Shown here: piece by piece, positions 17,598 through 27,090 of the stretch
How positions within the stretch are numbered: position 1 is the first letter of the stretch
Layout: each line of letters opens with the position of its first letter
Assembly: GCA_022573285.1 (NCBI GenBank)
Contig: JACZUF010000010.1
Location: 5,602-69,601 of the forward strand
Length of the DNA stretch: 64,000 nt
Source: Chloroflexota bacterium
GTDB lineage: Bacteria; Chloroflexota; Dehalococcoidia; Lucifugimonadales; UBA3495
Direction of reading: 5' to 3'
Program-made: the position numbers and the translations under genes
The notes under the pieces: generated by a model
Database searches by the model: none
What the model saw: only the letters and a program-made list of their open reading frames with translations
What the model was told of the DNA's origin: nothing

Positions 17598-18225
17598 CTA
17601 TTTGTAGGGGTGGAGTTGGATCTCCTTCAACGCAGGGATCACTTCCTTGCCCAACAACTCAACGGACCGCATGGCCCCTTCATTGCCGTATATCAGGAGA
17701 TATCCGGTTAAGGTTCTCGACCACATATTTCGGCTTCTCTATCAAGCTGTCCGGTGCGCCGACAATGACCACCCGGGCCTCCGTTGCTTCTCGTCGGACA
17801 TTGCCTGTCCCGCGTTGCCGGCGTATACGCCGGTAGGCCGCCAACTCGTGTTCCAGACCGACTTCGACTCTCCCCCATCTCCCCGTCCAGCTCATTGCAA
17901 GGAGATTCGTAACTTGCCGGGCAAACGGAGAACGGACGTCGTTTGCAAATAGTGAACACCCGACCCTCCTCCGTCTCCACCATAAACACGATTCAGACGC
18001 CTCAAGCTCGTTTGAAGTCTGGGGCGTCTGATTTATCAGGGCCACCCCGCTTCCCGCTCGGGTGGTCGCAATTTCGAACAAAGGCCGGAATGCCGGTTTG
18101 GGCCGGATGGCCCGGATCTCGCAGTCAACCGCTGATTTTGCCCATTTCCTCCCCACAGGCCTACAGAAACCCTTGATCGGATGAAAGATTTCCTCAGCCG
18201 ATATTATTCGAGATTCCGAGTCCAT
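17598..18225 (-). pseudogene. luciferase-like monooxygenase (LLM) remnant, frameshifted
   Basis: The minus strand reads ...RVVIVGAPDSLIEKPKYVVENL... in one frame. Another frame reads ...YGNEGAMRSVELLGKEVIPALKEIQLHPYK followed by a stop at 17598-17600. Both resemble LLM C-termini, but there is no continuous ORF. Confidence 0.4.
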
Positions 18226-18383
18226 TTCGCTCTAGATCCGATTACCAGATGGCGATTGTTCATGGTGAATCCGTGAGTTAGCCCACACCGCACTACTTTG
18301 TAAAAGACCTCAGGATCGTACTTGCTATCAAAATAAGGAGGAGTCCGACCATCCCCCATCTCGACGTCAACGAAGTCACATTT

Positions 18384-18464
18384 GATAGCTTAAGGTAGCA
18401 GTTTATCTGCTGATCTAGCGCCAGATTTCTTCGATAACTTAATTTCTGCCAACTTCACTACGAT
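18384..18464. repeat. imperfect direct repeat S1 (partner 19691-19770)
   Basis: tagcttaaggtagcagtttatctgct...agatttcttcgataacttaatttctgccaa versus tagcctaggttcaaaagctatctgct...aggatttctttggtactttaatttccggcaa. Identity is about 65-70% by eye. Confidence 0.5.
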
Positions 18465-18554
18465 TCCATTTTTGTGTCCCTGCGATGAAGATTGAATAGA
18501 CACCTGTACCCTATTAAGGGGTGCCGCTTGCGGTTTTTAATTAGGATTGATCGT

Positions 18555-19619
18555 CTACCAGGATTTCAGAACCGGCAACACTTCTTTGGCGAAGAGCTTC
18601 AGGCCCCGCTCCGCAATGGGGTAAGGCGTTCCACCGAAGCGGAACGAGACGTTCAATTCGAAATCACCGAGTAGTTTCCGGCGTTCCTCAAGGCCCCGTA
18701 GAATCTTGTCCGGTGTGCCCCAGCTCGCGGCCTTCATGAAACCGTCGACCGCCCCTTCGAGACCAGCCGAACGCGCGATTTCGGCCTTCTGTTGATAAGA
18801 GTCGTAACCCTTCACCGTTTTGAAATGTTCGCCGAGAAATTCGTAGTGATAAAAATTACTCTCAACGAATTTGCCCTGGTATTGCCGCGCTTCTTCCTCG
18901 CACTGGGCAATATCAGTGCCACAGATGACAAACTCGGTGAGCATCAGGTTAGGCGGCTCCGTGCCATGATATTCGCGGTGCAATGCACGGCCACGTTCGA
19001 TTCCCGGCATCCGAATTTCCCAGGGACGGTCCGCGAACATGATGATATGTGCGCCTAGTTTAGCCGCGGAGACAACCGAATCTTCGCTAGAGGCGACTGC
19101 GTAGATACGTCCGTCGAATGAATGCTGCGGTCGGGGCCTAATTTCCGTGCGGGGCTGCTTGTAGTAAGTCCCGTTGCCCTCGATAAACCCTGTCTTGAGA
19201 GCCTCGACAATCATCGGCGCCGCTTCGTCGAAGCGTCCCCGCGATTCGTCCATGCTGAGGCGGAAGGTCTCGAACTCACGCCGTGCAAGACCACGCCCGA
19301 ACCCGAGCCGGAATCGGCCATTACTCAACAAGTCGAGCACGGCAGCGTTTTCCGCGACACGTAACGGGTCATGCCAGGGAAGGATCACGGCGGCTGTACC
19401 CACATCGATATCCGAATGCTTCGCTGCCAAGTGGGTCATCACGTGGATATTGTCCGGCACGAAGGAATAGTCATTGAAATGATGCTCTGCCGACCAAAGG
19501 CAATCGAACCCCGCATTGGCGGCGACCTCCGCAAGGCGCAGTTCCTCCTCCCACATCTGAGCATCCGACCCTTCTTCCCAGCCGTAGCTCGAGAAGATCA
19601 TCATCATTCCGACATCCAT
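18555..19619 (-). CDS. LLM-class flavin-dependent oxidoreductase (luciferase-like monooxygenase)
   Basis: ATG at 19617-19619 with AAGGAG upstream. Contains LAEVAANAGFDCLWSAEHHF, GRFRLGFGRG and the rest of a typical LLM TIM-barrel pattern. Confidence 0.9.
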   Translation of the reverse strand: MDVGMMMIFSSYGWEEGSDAQMWEEELRLAEVAANAGFDCLWSAEHHFNDYSFVPDNIHVMTHLAAKHSDIDVGTAAVILPWHDPLRVAENAAVLDLLSNGRFRLGFGRGLARREFETFRLSMDESRGRFDEAAPMIVEALKTGFIEGNGTYYKQPRTEIRPRPQHSFDGRIYAVASSEDSVVSAAKLGAHIIMFADRPWEIRMPGIERGRALHREYHGTEPPNLMLTEFVICGTDIAQCEEEARQYQGKFVESNFYHYEFLGEHFKTVKGYDSYQQKAEIARSAGLEGAVDGFMKAASWGTPDKILRGLEERRKLLGDFELNVSFRFGGTPYPIAERGLKLFAKEVLPVLKSW

Positions 19620-19690
19620 GTAATTACTCCTTCGTTCTATAACCAACGGCAATGAATCCCATAATACCAATAAGACTAAGTTGTGTGGCC

Positions 19691-19770
19691 ATTAGCCTAG
19701 GTTCAAAAGCTATCTGCTAACGAACTCAGGATTTCTTTGGTACTTTAATTTCCGGCAAATTTGGTAGTCT
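19691..19770. repeat. imperfect direct repeat S2 (partner 18384-18464)
   Basis: See S1. This copy lies upstream of the intact LLM gene. S1 lies upstream of the LLM remnant. Confidence 0.5.
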
Positions 19771-19862
19771 ATCGTTGGCAGTCTCCACTAATGCTTCCTT
19801 CTAGCGGAATCCAAATCAACTTCCTCTGGTTAACAAAGGTCCGCAGCGACCGGAGAGACTCA

Positions 19863-20840
19863 ATGCAAGACCTCGACCTCAACATAGCTTTCTGGGATTA
19901 CGACCGAACCCGGCCACTGATGGACGGGAGAGTGCGGCCCGAGGGAATCAACCCCAACATAACTGTTTTGCGCCCGCGGGAAATCTTCCCCCGCATGCTC
20001 CAAGACCAGGAGTTCCATGCTGCAGAAATGTCCCTGGCTTCTTACGTAATCCTAAAAGCGCGAAACCGGTGCCCCTTCGTGGCCATCCCGGTGATGCTGT
20101 CAAAGATATTCCGTCACGACTGCATCTACGTCCGGCCCGATGCCGGGATCAGCGAGCCGGCAGATCTGCGCGGCAAGCGGATAGGACTGCCCCAATACAG
20201 TTCCACCGCAGGCGTTTTCATCAAAGGGTTGGTCCAGCACGATTATGGAGTGTCGCCCACAGAAATATCCTGGTTCATGGGCGGTCAGGATACTCCCGCG
20301 CCCACGCCTCTAGTCCCCCTGGACCTACCCGCCGATATCCACCTGGAATTTATACCTGAAGATAAGACCCTGGAAGGAATGCTGGCCGACGGGGACTTGG
20401 ACGCACTTTTCGCCACCTACATCCCCAACCTGTTTCTGAACGGCTCACCGAAGATTGCCCGCCTCTTTCCCAATTTCAAGGAGGTGGAACGGGACTACTA
20501 CCGGCGGACGGGAATATTCCCCATCATGCACACGGTGGTCATCCGAGAGGACGTACATCGGGAGCACCCCTGGGTGGCCGCAAGTCTGTACGACGCGTTC
20601 TCTCAAGCCAAGGACCTGGCGGTTAACCGCCTGTACGATACCGACGCGTTGGCTTTGACTCTGCCCTTCCTAATCGACCATTTGGAGGAAACCTGGAGGA
20701 CTTTTGGGTCCGATTACTGGTCCTACAATGTGGGGTCTAACCGGCCCGCTTTGGAAGCGGTCGCCCAATATGTGGTGGACCAAGGCCTGGCGCCCCGTGT
20801 GGTCAGCACCGAGGAGCTATTTCTTGCGGTCGCACCATGA
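19863..20840 (+). CDS. 4,5-dihydroxyphthalate decarboxylase-like / NMT1-type periplasmic-binding-fold protein
   Basis: The ATG at 19863 has GGAGAG upstream. LNIAFWDYDRTRPLMDGRVRPEGI...FHAAEMSLASYV...GKRIGLPQYSSTAGVF is typical of the PhtD-like family (from memory). Confidence 0.7.
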   Translation: MQDLDLNIAFWDYDRTRPLMDGRVRPEGINPNITVLRPREIFPRMLQDQEFHAAEMSLASYVILKARNRCPFVAIPVMLSKIFRHDCIYVRPDAGISEPADLRGKRIGLPQYSSTAGVFIKGLVQHDYGVSPTEISWFMGGQDTPAPTPLVPLDLPADIHLEFIPEDKTLEGMLADGDLDALFATYIPNLFLNGSPKIARLFPNFKEVERDYYRRTGIFPIMHTVVIREDVHREHPWVAASLYDAFSQAKDLAVNRLYDTDALALTLPFLIDHLEETWRTFGSDYWSYNVGSNRPALEAVAQYVVDQGLAPRVVSTEELFLAVAP

Positions 20841-21411
20841 ATCACCACATCAGGATTATCGTTCAACGAATATAGTGTCCGTTAGGAACTGACGAAGTGA
20901 TCACCCATGAATACTTGGGAAGAGGTCTACATCTTAGAGGGCGAACTCCACGAATCACTGGCCCAAGCAGCGGTGGTAGTAGACGCACGTCAATTATTTG
21001 CTGTAGTACCCCATTTCAAACGTGGTGCACCCGACGAGCGATGAATAAGAGCATGGGGCATGCCCGGCGGGCGGCAGGCGCAAAACATAAGGTGGAAAAC
21101 ATTGGCGAGCGCGACGTCGCAGGTTCTGGAAATCTTTTTTGCCAAAATATCGCAGCGATTCGGAATTAACAAATTACCTGCCTATTTAATTCGGGAACCG
21201 CTGGCGGCTTTTTAGATTGGGCGAGTCAAAGGCTGAAGGAACAAATTAGTTATGTCTGATTAGGTATTTAACTCACAGGCAATCAAGGTATAATCAGGCA
21301 AGCAAGCACCTGGGTCTTCAAAATCCGACGCCCTGACTGGCAAAGGATCTGCGCGGTTTCCTGACCTGATTCGTGTCTGAGTACCGGCGGGCAAGGGCTC
21401 TCCTCAGTGAA

Positions 21412-21460
21412 CTGCTTTACACGCAGGGGGTCACAGGTTCGAGTCCTGTACCGCCCACCA
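21412..21460. repeat. 49-bp direct repeat, right copy (orphan 3' part of tRNA-Val; attR-like)
   Basis: Identical to 2890-2938. The match begins in the anticodon stem and ends at CCA. The flanks diverge immediately. Confidence 0.9.
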
Positions 21461-21507
21461 TTTCCTGTCCGTCAATATTTTTAGGTACGGACATCCAGCT
21501 AGCCCGA

Positions 21508-22242
21508 TTAGGCCCGTTCCGGTCCGGCCTCCTCTGATAGGGCGGCTTTGAATCCCTCCCACGCGCCGCTTTCAGAGCCCTCTTCCCAGCCGTCGAAGTG
21601 CACCAGGCCCTCAAGCTCCATCCGGCCGCGCCAGCCCGCGGTCTGCAGGACCGGCTCCGGGGGGAACTCCACTGGGTATCCCAGGCACAGGTATGCCACC
21701 GGTATCACGTGGTGCGGTACGCCCAGTATCTGGCGCAACTGGGGTTGCTTCAAGATGCTGACCCAGCCGACGCCGACTCCCTCAGCCCTGGCCGCCAGCC
21801 ACAGGTTCTGCACGGCGCAGCAGGTGGAATATAGGTCGGTCTCCTGGATGGAGTTACGTCCCAGGACCACCTCCGCCCTGGTTGGGTCGCAGGTGACGCA
21901 AACGTTGACCGCCGACTCCAAGATCCCTTCCAACTTCAGCGACAGATAATGGGAACGCCGCGGCTCGTCAAAGAAACTGGACGCCGCCTGGCGCTCCCGG
22001 TCGAAAAGGTCCTTGACCTTTCGGCGCACATTCATGTCCCGGACCATGATGAAGTCCCACGGCTGCATGAACCCGACCGACGGCCCATGGTGGGCGGCGC
22101 GGATTATCCGGGCCAGGACCTCCGGCGGGATGGGGTCGCTCCTGAATGTCCGGATGTCCCGCCGGGAATAGATCGCCCGGTAAAGGCCGCGTTGTTCCTC
22201 TGCAGTGAAGCCATCTTTCTGGACTGGAGATTTTGATGCCAT
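21508..22242 (-). CDS. bluB: 5,6-dimethylbenzimidazole synthase (BluB, nitroreductase fold)
   Basis: GLYRAIYSRRDIRTFRSDPIPPEVLARIIRAAHHGPSVGFMQPWDFIMVRD is the BluB signature region. The gene sits directly downstream of a cobalamin riboswitch. Confidence 0.85.
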   Translation of the reverse strand: MASKSPVQKDGFTAEEQRGLYRAIYSRRDIRTFRSDPIPPEVLARIIRAAHHGPSVGFMQPWDFIMVRDMNVRRKVKDLFDRERQAASSFFDEPRRSHYLSLKLEGILESAVNVCVTCDPTRAEVVLGRNSIQETDLYSTCCAVQNLWLAARAEGVGVGWVSILKQPQLRQILGVPHHVIPVAYLCLGYPVEFPPEPVLQTAGWRGRMELEGLVHFDGWEEGSESGAWEGFKAALSEEAGPERA

Positions 22243-22286
22243 CGTTCCCTACTCCCAAATAACCATCTGATATAAGCGGCCAATAT

Positions 22287-22530
22287 AAAAAGCCCCGTCC
22301 CAATTCGTCGGGACGGAGCTTATGCACACACAGGCGCCCGCTCAATCCACGAAGCGGCGAGTTATGCGCGGCAGGTCTACTGACTCGTGGATCGTCACCC
22401 TTCGGCGCCTTCCCGTCCCGGTGTCCCGATGAATCGGGAGGGACAGTGACTGGCCTGCGCCGTGCCGAAGGACTCCCCAGTTACAGTGGCGGGCCCGTGC
22501 CGGAGTTTCACCGGCTTTCCTATTCTTCCC
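22287..22530 (-). promoter_or_regulatory. cobalamin (B12) riboswitch with intrinsic terminator expression platform
   Basis: The minus strand reads ...aggaaagccggtgaaactccggcacgggcccgccactgtaactgggg...gccagtcactg...agtcagtagacctgccg (B12 box, 22369-22386 on +). It is followed by the terminator ccgtcccgacgaattgggacgg plus ggcttttt (22294-22316) and then the bluB start. Confidence 0.85.
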
Positions 22531-22972
22531 GATGGAATTTCTAGCTTTGGGTAGAAATCAAATCGGGACACCGCGCGCTATTCTGTTTCCGTCCGCAAGG
22601 TTAGGCCATGGCCCGCCGGAAGTCAACGCCCGGTACTCGTTCACTGTATATGAGACAGTTGAGGCAGGATCTACAAACCTGGGTCAGTCAATCGGACACC
22701 GGCTGCAGCCAGTCCGCATCCTTCCTGCCCTGCCAAGCAGACCTCTTTCCCATGAGTGATGGCGGCAGGGGCAGGTAACGCACGTCCTAGGAGCGGCCCT
22801 GCTATTTCGGAATGGGGATTGGAGTTGGCCCAAATTTGCTGATGGACCGTGGGCTATCCGCCACCGGAAAACGGCGGAGGAATAGCTCATAGGGGGAGAA
22901 ATATTTGGGGGAATTGCCGGCGATACCATCGCCGGCAATACTGGACCAGAAGTTGATGGGCCGGGGTCCTAT

Positions 22973-23383
22973 TTAACCCTTGGCGGACCGGAGTCCATCG
23001 AGGATGTCTTCCACAACTTTTTCGATCAGCGGTAGATAGTCGGCGGGAGCGTCGGCTATCTTGCGGGATAACCGCCCGGCGGCATTGGCCGTCCGGCCGT
23101 AGGGCGCAGGTGCATCTGAGACGCGCCCCGACGCCTCCCCTGACGGTCCATTCTCCTGCTCCAAGTCCCCTTCCTCTAGGGTGAGAAACCAACGGATGGG
23201 TTTATTGTAGAGTTCGCAAAGCTTGTCTAGTAGGTGGTCTGGAACGGCGCGGTGGGACCGTTCCCATCGATGGACTGTCATCCAAGATACACCGATCCGC
23301 TCGGCCACCTTCTCCTGGCTCAGTCCGGTTCCATTTCGGGCCCGGCGGAGGCGTCCGCCGAGTCCCGGGATGCTAATTCTCAT
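22973..23383 (-). CDS. XRE-family helix-turn-helix transcriptional regulator
   Basis: From the ATG at 23381-23383: MRISIPGLGGRLRRARNGTGLSQEKVAERIGVSWMTVHRWERSHRAVP, a classic HTH_3 motif. Confidence 0.8.
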   Translation of the reverse strand: MRISIPGLGGRLRRARNGTGLSQEKVAERIGVSWMTVHRWERSHRAVPDHLLDKLCELYNKPIRWFLTLEEGDLEQENGPSGEASGRVSDAPAPYGRTANAAGRLSRKIADAPADYLPLIEKVVEDILDGLRSAKG

Positions 23384-23825
23384 ATCAAGCCACGTTTCCT
23401 TCCAGATTCGGTAGTGATTGTCGCAAAGCTTGGATTTTACTCCCATATCCACACTGGTAAGTGGTAATTACCAATGAAGCTGATATGCTGATTTTCGATA
23501 GACTACTGTGCTAGTTTTATGAAAATCGTAAGAAACCTAATCACTTCCTAAATAGTAGTAACCTCATGGCTTTCCAATCAAACATTGGCATCGTTATTAT
23601 TCCGGAGGCGGTAGCCGGTTCCGCAGGATTTCACAGCAGTATATTGTGCCTGCGTTACCGGAATCCAAACGGTTATTGAGCGTATAGTCCCGTAATAATT
23701 CTGTGTGGATGCGGGGCGCTCTTTATTGAGGTCTGTAATGTCTGGGATTACACTCAGTCCACTGCAGGCATTATATTGGATTCTGGGACCTGCTCTCTGG
23801 GTTCGGATATCGGTACAGTGGTGGC

Positions 23826-24923
23826 GTGATGGTCGACTTAGATGACTCAACTACTTTCGAGAGTCTGGACCCCTCCGGTCTGCACCGGCGGCTCCAGGGT
23901 CTGCCCGCACAGTGCCGCCGGGCTTGGGACGAGGCTAAGAAGACCGAGTTTCCGGATGAGTGGCGGCAGTGCACCGGAGTGGTGGTCGCCGGAATGGGAG
24001 GCTCGGCGATCGCAGGGGACCTAGCCGCCGATCTGGCCGGTCCATCCTCGGACACGCCCATCAGGGTGGTCCGGGATTTCGATATCCCCGGAATCTCGGC
24101 CAACCGGGCATCCCAACCGGGGCAATTGATCATTGTGTGCAGTTTCTCTGGTGAGACCGAAGAAACCCTTTCCATGTTCGATCAGGCCCAATCAGCCGGC
24201 GCCGCCATGGCCGCCATCACCGGTGGCGGTGCGTTAGGCCGGCGGGCGGCCGAGGCGGGTATCCCCGTGATGAACGTTGACGCCCCAGGCGAACCCCGGA
24301 GCGCGGTGGGCTACAATCTGATGCTTCTTGCCGCTTTGTTGGACCGCATCGGAGCTATAAATATCTCGGACCGGGAGGCGGCGGAAGCCGTCGAAGCCGC
24401 CGAATCCATGGTGTCCCAGGTAGGGATTGAAGTTCCGGCGGCAAACAATCCGGCGAAGTTGCTGGCGGCAGACCTAGTCGGGCGCCTGATTCTGGTGTAC
24501 GGCGGCGGGAATTTCTCCGGGATGGCCCTTCGTTGGAAGTCGCAGATCAACGAGAACGGTAAATCCTGGGCCTTCGCCGAATTGCTTCCGGAGCTCTTCC
24601 ACAATTCGGTGGAGAGTTTTCCCGGCGGCCCGGAGATACGCCAACGCACCACTGCGCTGCTGCTTAAACCGCACCAAACAACGCCTGGGCTTCAACGCAG
24701 GTACACGGTCTTGGGCGAGATGCTGGACCACTCGGGAATCGAGAACCGCATGTTTACCGGAGTCCAGGGAGGGCCACTGACCCAATCGCTGCCAATGATT
24801 GTTCTGGGCGATTATGTCAGCTACTACCTGGGGCTGCTCAACGGCATAAACCCCTCTGAGACGCCCAGCATCAACCTTTCCAAAGAGCGGATGTCAGCAT
24901 CAGGCCACGGCAGGGATTCGTAG
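23826..24923 (+). CDS. bifunctional phosphoglucose/phosphomannose isomerase (SIS domain)
   Basis: VVVAGMGGSAIAGDLAADL, CSFSGETEETL and the C-terminal GDYVSYYLGLLNGINPSETPSI are typical of the PGI/PMI family. Confidence 0.85.
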   Translation: MMVDLDDSTTFESLDPSGLHRRLQGLPAQCRRAWDEAKKTEFPDEWRQCTGVVVAGMGGSAIAGDLAADLAGPSSDTPIRVVRDFDIPGISANRASQPGQLIIVCSFSGETEETLSMFDQAQSAGAAMAAITGGGALGRRAAEAGIPVMNVDAPGEPRSAVGYNLMLLAALLDRIGAINISDREAAEAVEAAESMVSQVGIEVPAANNPAKLLAADLVGRLILVYGGGNFSGMALRWKSQINENGKSWAFAELLPELFHNSVESFPGGPEIRQRTTALLLKPHQTTPGLQRRYTVLGEMLDHSGIENRMFTGVQGGPLTQSLPMIVLGDYVSYYLGLLNGINPSETPSINLSKERMSASGHGRDS

Positions 24924-24951
24924 CAGCGGACATTACCTGCATCTAAGCGTG

Positions 24952-24980
24952 TTGACATCGTGTACTCCGTGGGTCAAAAT
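24952..24980 (+). promoter_or_regulatory. putative sigma-70-type promoter for the 25022 gene
   Basis: TTGACA (24952-24957), a 17-nt spacer, then CAAAAT (24975-24980). AAAAGGAG lies before the ATG at 25022. Confidence 0.35.
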
Positions 24981-25021
24981 CTCCGTTATGCACTAGCCTT
25001 GGTTCAAAAGGAGCTAGACCA

Positions 25022-26302
25022 ATGTTGAAAGTCGGTCATGTCGTGGTCCGCCCAGGAAGAAAAGCCGGCATGGATATCGTTGAGATTCCGGTCCCCGAGG
25101 AACTGGAAACCGTTCCTGGCATACCAATGGTCAGCAAAGACATCGATTTCTACAGCAGAGAATACCCGCTGCTTCGCCAGCAGGTTGAGCATGCCGCCGA
25201 CACCGAATGGGCGCCCACCGTGGGCACCGAGGCCATGCGGGCCTACCATCACCAGCACACTGCGGTGATGGAGGAGTTTTATCCTAGTATGAACCGCACC
25301 GGCGACCTGGAGCCCACCGGCGCCCCCTCCGGAGCCGATGTCACCCAGTTGATCCGTGACAAGGCTGTGGAAATGGGGTATTTGGATGTCGGTTTTACCG
25401 ACCATGATCTTCGGTTTGTCTACCAGGACCGGAAAGACCACGTCAAGTACCCCAACGCGGTCTGCCTGGCGCTGGAGCAGGACTTCGCAGAGACCCAGAC
25501 CGCGCCCAGCATGGCGGCGGAGCACGGTCACTACGGAACCTACGAGACCCAGGCGCCCATGGGCCTGAGGATGGTCGATTACATCTTGTCCCTGGGCTAC
25601 CACGCACAACTGCATGGCCCCAGCAACCACAGCGCCGCGACCATCCCCATGTTCGTCGCCGCCGGGATGGGCCAATTGGGAGCCAACGGCCAACTGCTCA
25701 CCCCCCACGCCGGCGCCCGGTGCCGTCTTCAGATAATCACCACCGACGCCCCGGTGACCTTCGACGAGCCCGTCGACTACGGGTTCCACGCCTTCTGCCA
25801 AGTTTGCCAGGTCTGCGTCAACCGCTGCCCCGGCCGCGCCCTGATGCGCGAGAAGATCTGGTGGCGGGGCGTCGAGAAGAACAAGCTCATCTACAAGCGC
25901 TGCCGTCCGGTCATGTCCCGCTACGAGGGCTGCGCCATCTGCATGAAGGTCTGCCCCATCAACAAGTACGGTGCCAAGGCCGTCATGGAGCACTACATCG
26001 AGACCGGGCAGGTGCTGGGCAAAGGCACCCACGACCTGGAAGGCTATACCCTCCATGAGGAGAGCACCGGCAAATACGCCACCGGCTACTTCGGGCCCGG
26101 TGAACTGCCCACCTTCGACGCCGACTTCTTCAAGATTCCCCAGGGGACCAGGGAAGCCGCCGCGCTGGACGAACTCATCGAGTATATCGAGGGCAACAAT
26201 AAGAGCCCGGACGGGGCGGAAGACGACAATGCATTGTTCAACTTCCGTGACCGGCTGCGGCATATCATCCACGGCGAGGTCAGCGACAGCACGATGTTCT
26301 AG
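25022..26302 (+). CDS. reductive dehalogenase / epoxyqueuosine reductase (RdhA/QueG) superfamily 4Fe-4S protein, cytoplasmic type
   Basis: AAGMGQLGANGQLLTPHAGARCRLQIITTDAPVTFDEPVDYG is followed by CQVCQVCVNRCP and CRPV...GCAICMKVCP. There is no Tat or Sec signal. Confidence 0.75.
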   Translation: MLKVGHVVVRPGRKAGMDIVEIPVPEELETVPGIPMVSKDIDFYSREYPLLRQQVEHAADTEWAPTVGTEAMRAYHHQHTAVMEEFYPSMNRTGDLEPTGAPSGADVTQLIRDKAVEMGYLDVGFTDHDLRFVYQDRKDHVKYPNAVCLALEQDFAETQTAPSMAAEHGHYGTYETQAPMGLRMVDYILSLGYHAQLHGPSNHSAATIPMFVAAGMGQLGANGQLLTPHAGARCRLQIITTDAPVTFDEPVDYGFHAFCQVCQVCVNRCPGRALMREKIWWRGVEKNKLIYKRCRPVMSRYEGCAICMKVCPINKYGAKAVMEHYIETGQVLGKGTHDLEGYTLHEESTGKYATGYFGPGELPTFDADFFKIPQGTREAAALDELIEYIEGNNKSPDGAEDDNALFNFRDRLRHIIHGEVSDSTMF

Positions 26303-26475
26303 GCCGGCCGAGCCGGCGTTAGTTCGACTGAAGATGGGAGCAAGAATCATTCTTGCTCCCATTTTTCTTTGGCGAGAATATGCCGGGAGGGCAAGCGCCC
26401 GCCTATGGACATACCCTGGGATTGGATTGTATCGTTGCTTCGCTAAACGAATATTCACGCGGAATGGAGCTGGTG

Positions 26476-27090
26476 ATGGCCGAGGAATGGACCGCCGAGG
26501 GAGACCTATTCGAAGGCTGCAATTGCAACCTGCTCTGTCCCTGCCACGTGTCTTTTCGGCAGCCTCCCACCAACGGCCACTGCGACACCATCTGGGCCGT
26601 GTCCTTCGAGCAGGGCCGCTACGGAGATGTGGACCTGACCGGTTCGAGCGTGGCCATCTTTCTGCATTGTCCAGGGAATATGGTGGATGGCGATTGGACG
26701 GTCGTATTGTATGTGGATGACCGGACTTCGCCGGAGCAAGACGAGGCGCTGCGGGCGATCTTTTCCGGAGAGGCGGGTGGGCCCTGGCAGATAATGTCCC
26801 AGTTCTACCGGGACGGAAAATACCAGGCGGTCACCAGGATCCCCTTGGAATTCACCATCGACGGGCGCACCAGGACAGTTAACGCCCCAGACCGGTTGTT
26901 TCTGGAGATGCAGACGCTTCTTGGCGCGGACCGTGAGGGCCAGGTCACGATCCACAACCTGCGGAATGTCATTCACGGAGACGAGCACGTGATGGGCCGT
27001 TCCAACTTCAAGGTTGATGATGAGGGCATGACCTGGGACTACCAGGGCAAACACGGCCTCTACAGCAAGTTCAAATGGTCGGGGTCCTAG
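26476..27090 (+). CDS. DUF1326-like protein (CNCxxLCPC motif)
   Basis: MAEEWTAEGDLFEGCNCNLLCPCHVSF. GGAG lies 6 nt upstream of the ATG at 26476. Alternative starts are at 26464 and 26353. Confidence 0.7.
   Translation: MAEEWTAEGDLFEGCNCNLLCPCHVSFRQPPTNGHCDTIWAVSFEQGRYGDVDLTGSSVAIFLHCPGNMVDGDWTVVLYVDDRTSPEQDEALRAIFSGEAGGPWQIMSQFYRDGKYQAVTRIPLEFTIDGRTRTVNAPDRLFLEMQTLLGADREGQVTIHNLRNVIHGDEHVMGRSNFKVDDEGMTWDYQGKHGLYSKFKWSGS

Larger units (their letters stand above)
2890..21460. mobile_element. tRNA-Val-associated genomic island (about 18.5 kb), probably immobilised
   Basis: Bounded by perfect 49-bp direct repeats made of the tRNA 3' part. Recombinase pseudogenes lie directly next to the intact tRNA. 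Cargo is accessory-type. Confidence 0.75.

Noticed and set aside
20897-21410. Short ORFs near the right end of the island, including a 45-aa cupin-like peptide (MNTWEEVYILEGELHE…)
   Set aside because: They are too short and fragmentary. This is probably decayed DNA at the island end, and I cannot support it as a gene.
22531-22972. About 440-nt gap between the riboswitch and the XRE gene. Checked for SRP RNA, RNase P RNA and 6S RNA, and noted a 12-bp inverted repeat attgccggcgat/atcgccggcaat at 22913-22939.
   Set aside because: I could not find any conserved core motif of those RNAs. The hairpin lacks a T-run on either strand. There is not enough evidence to call a feature.
25004-26458. 484-aa minus-strand ORF, longer than the + strand gene
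   Set aside because: The + strand product has two canonical 4Fe-4S motifs, an RBS and a promoter-like sequence. The minus product is low-complexity Gly/Ala/Val-rich.
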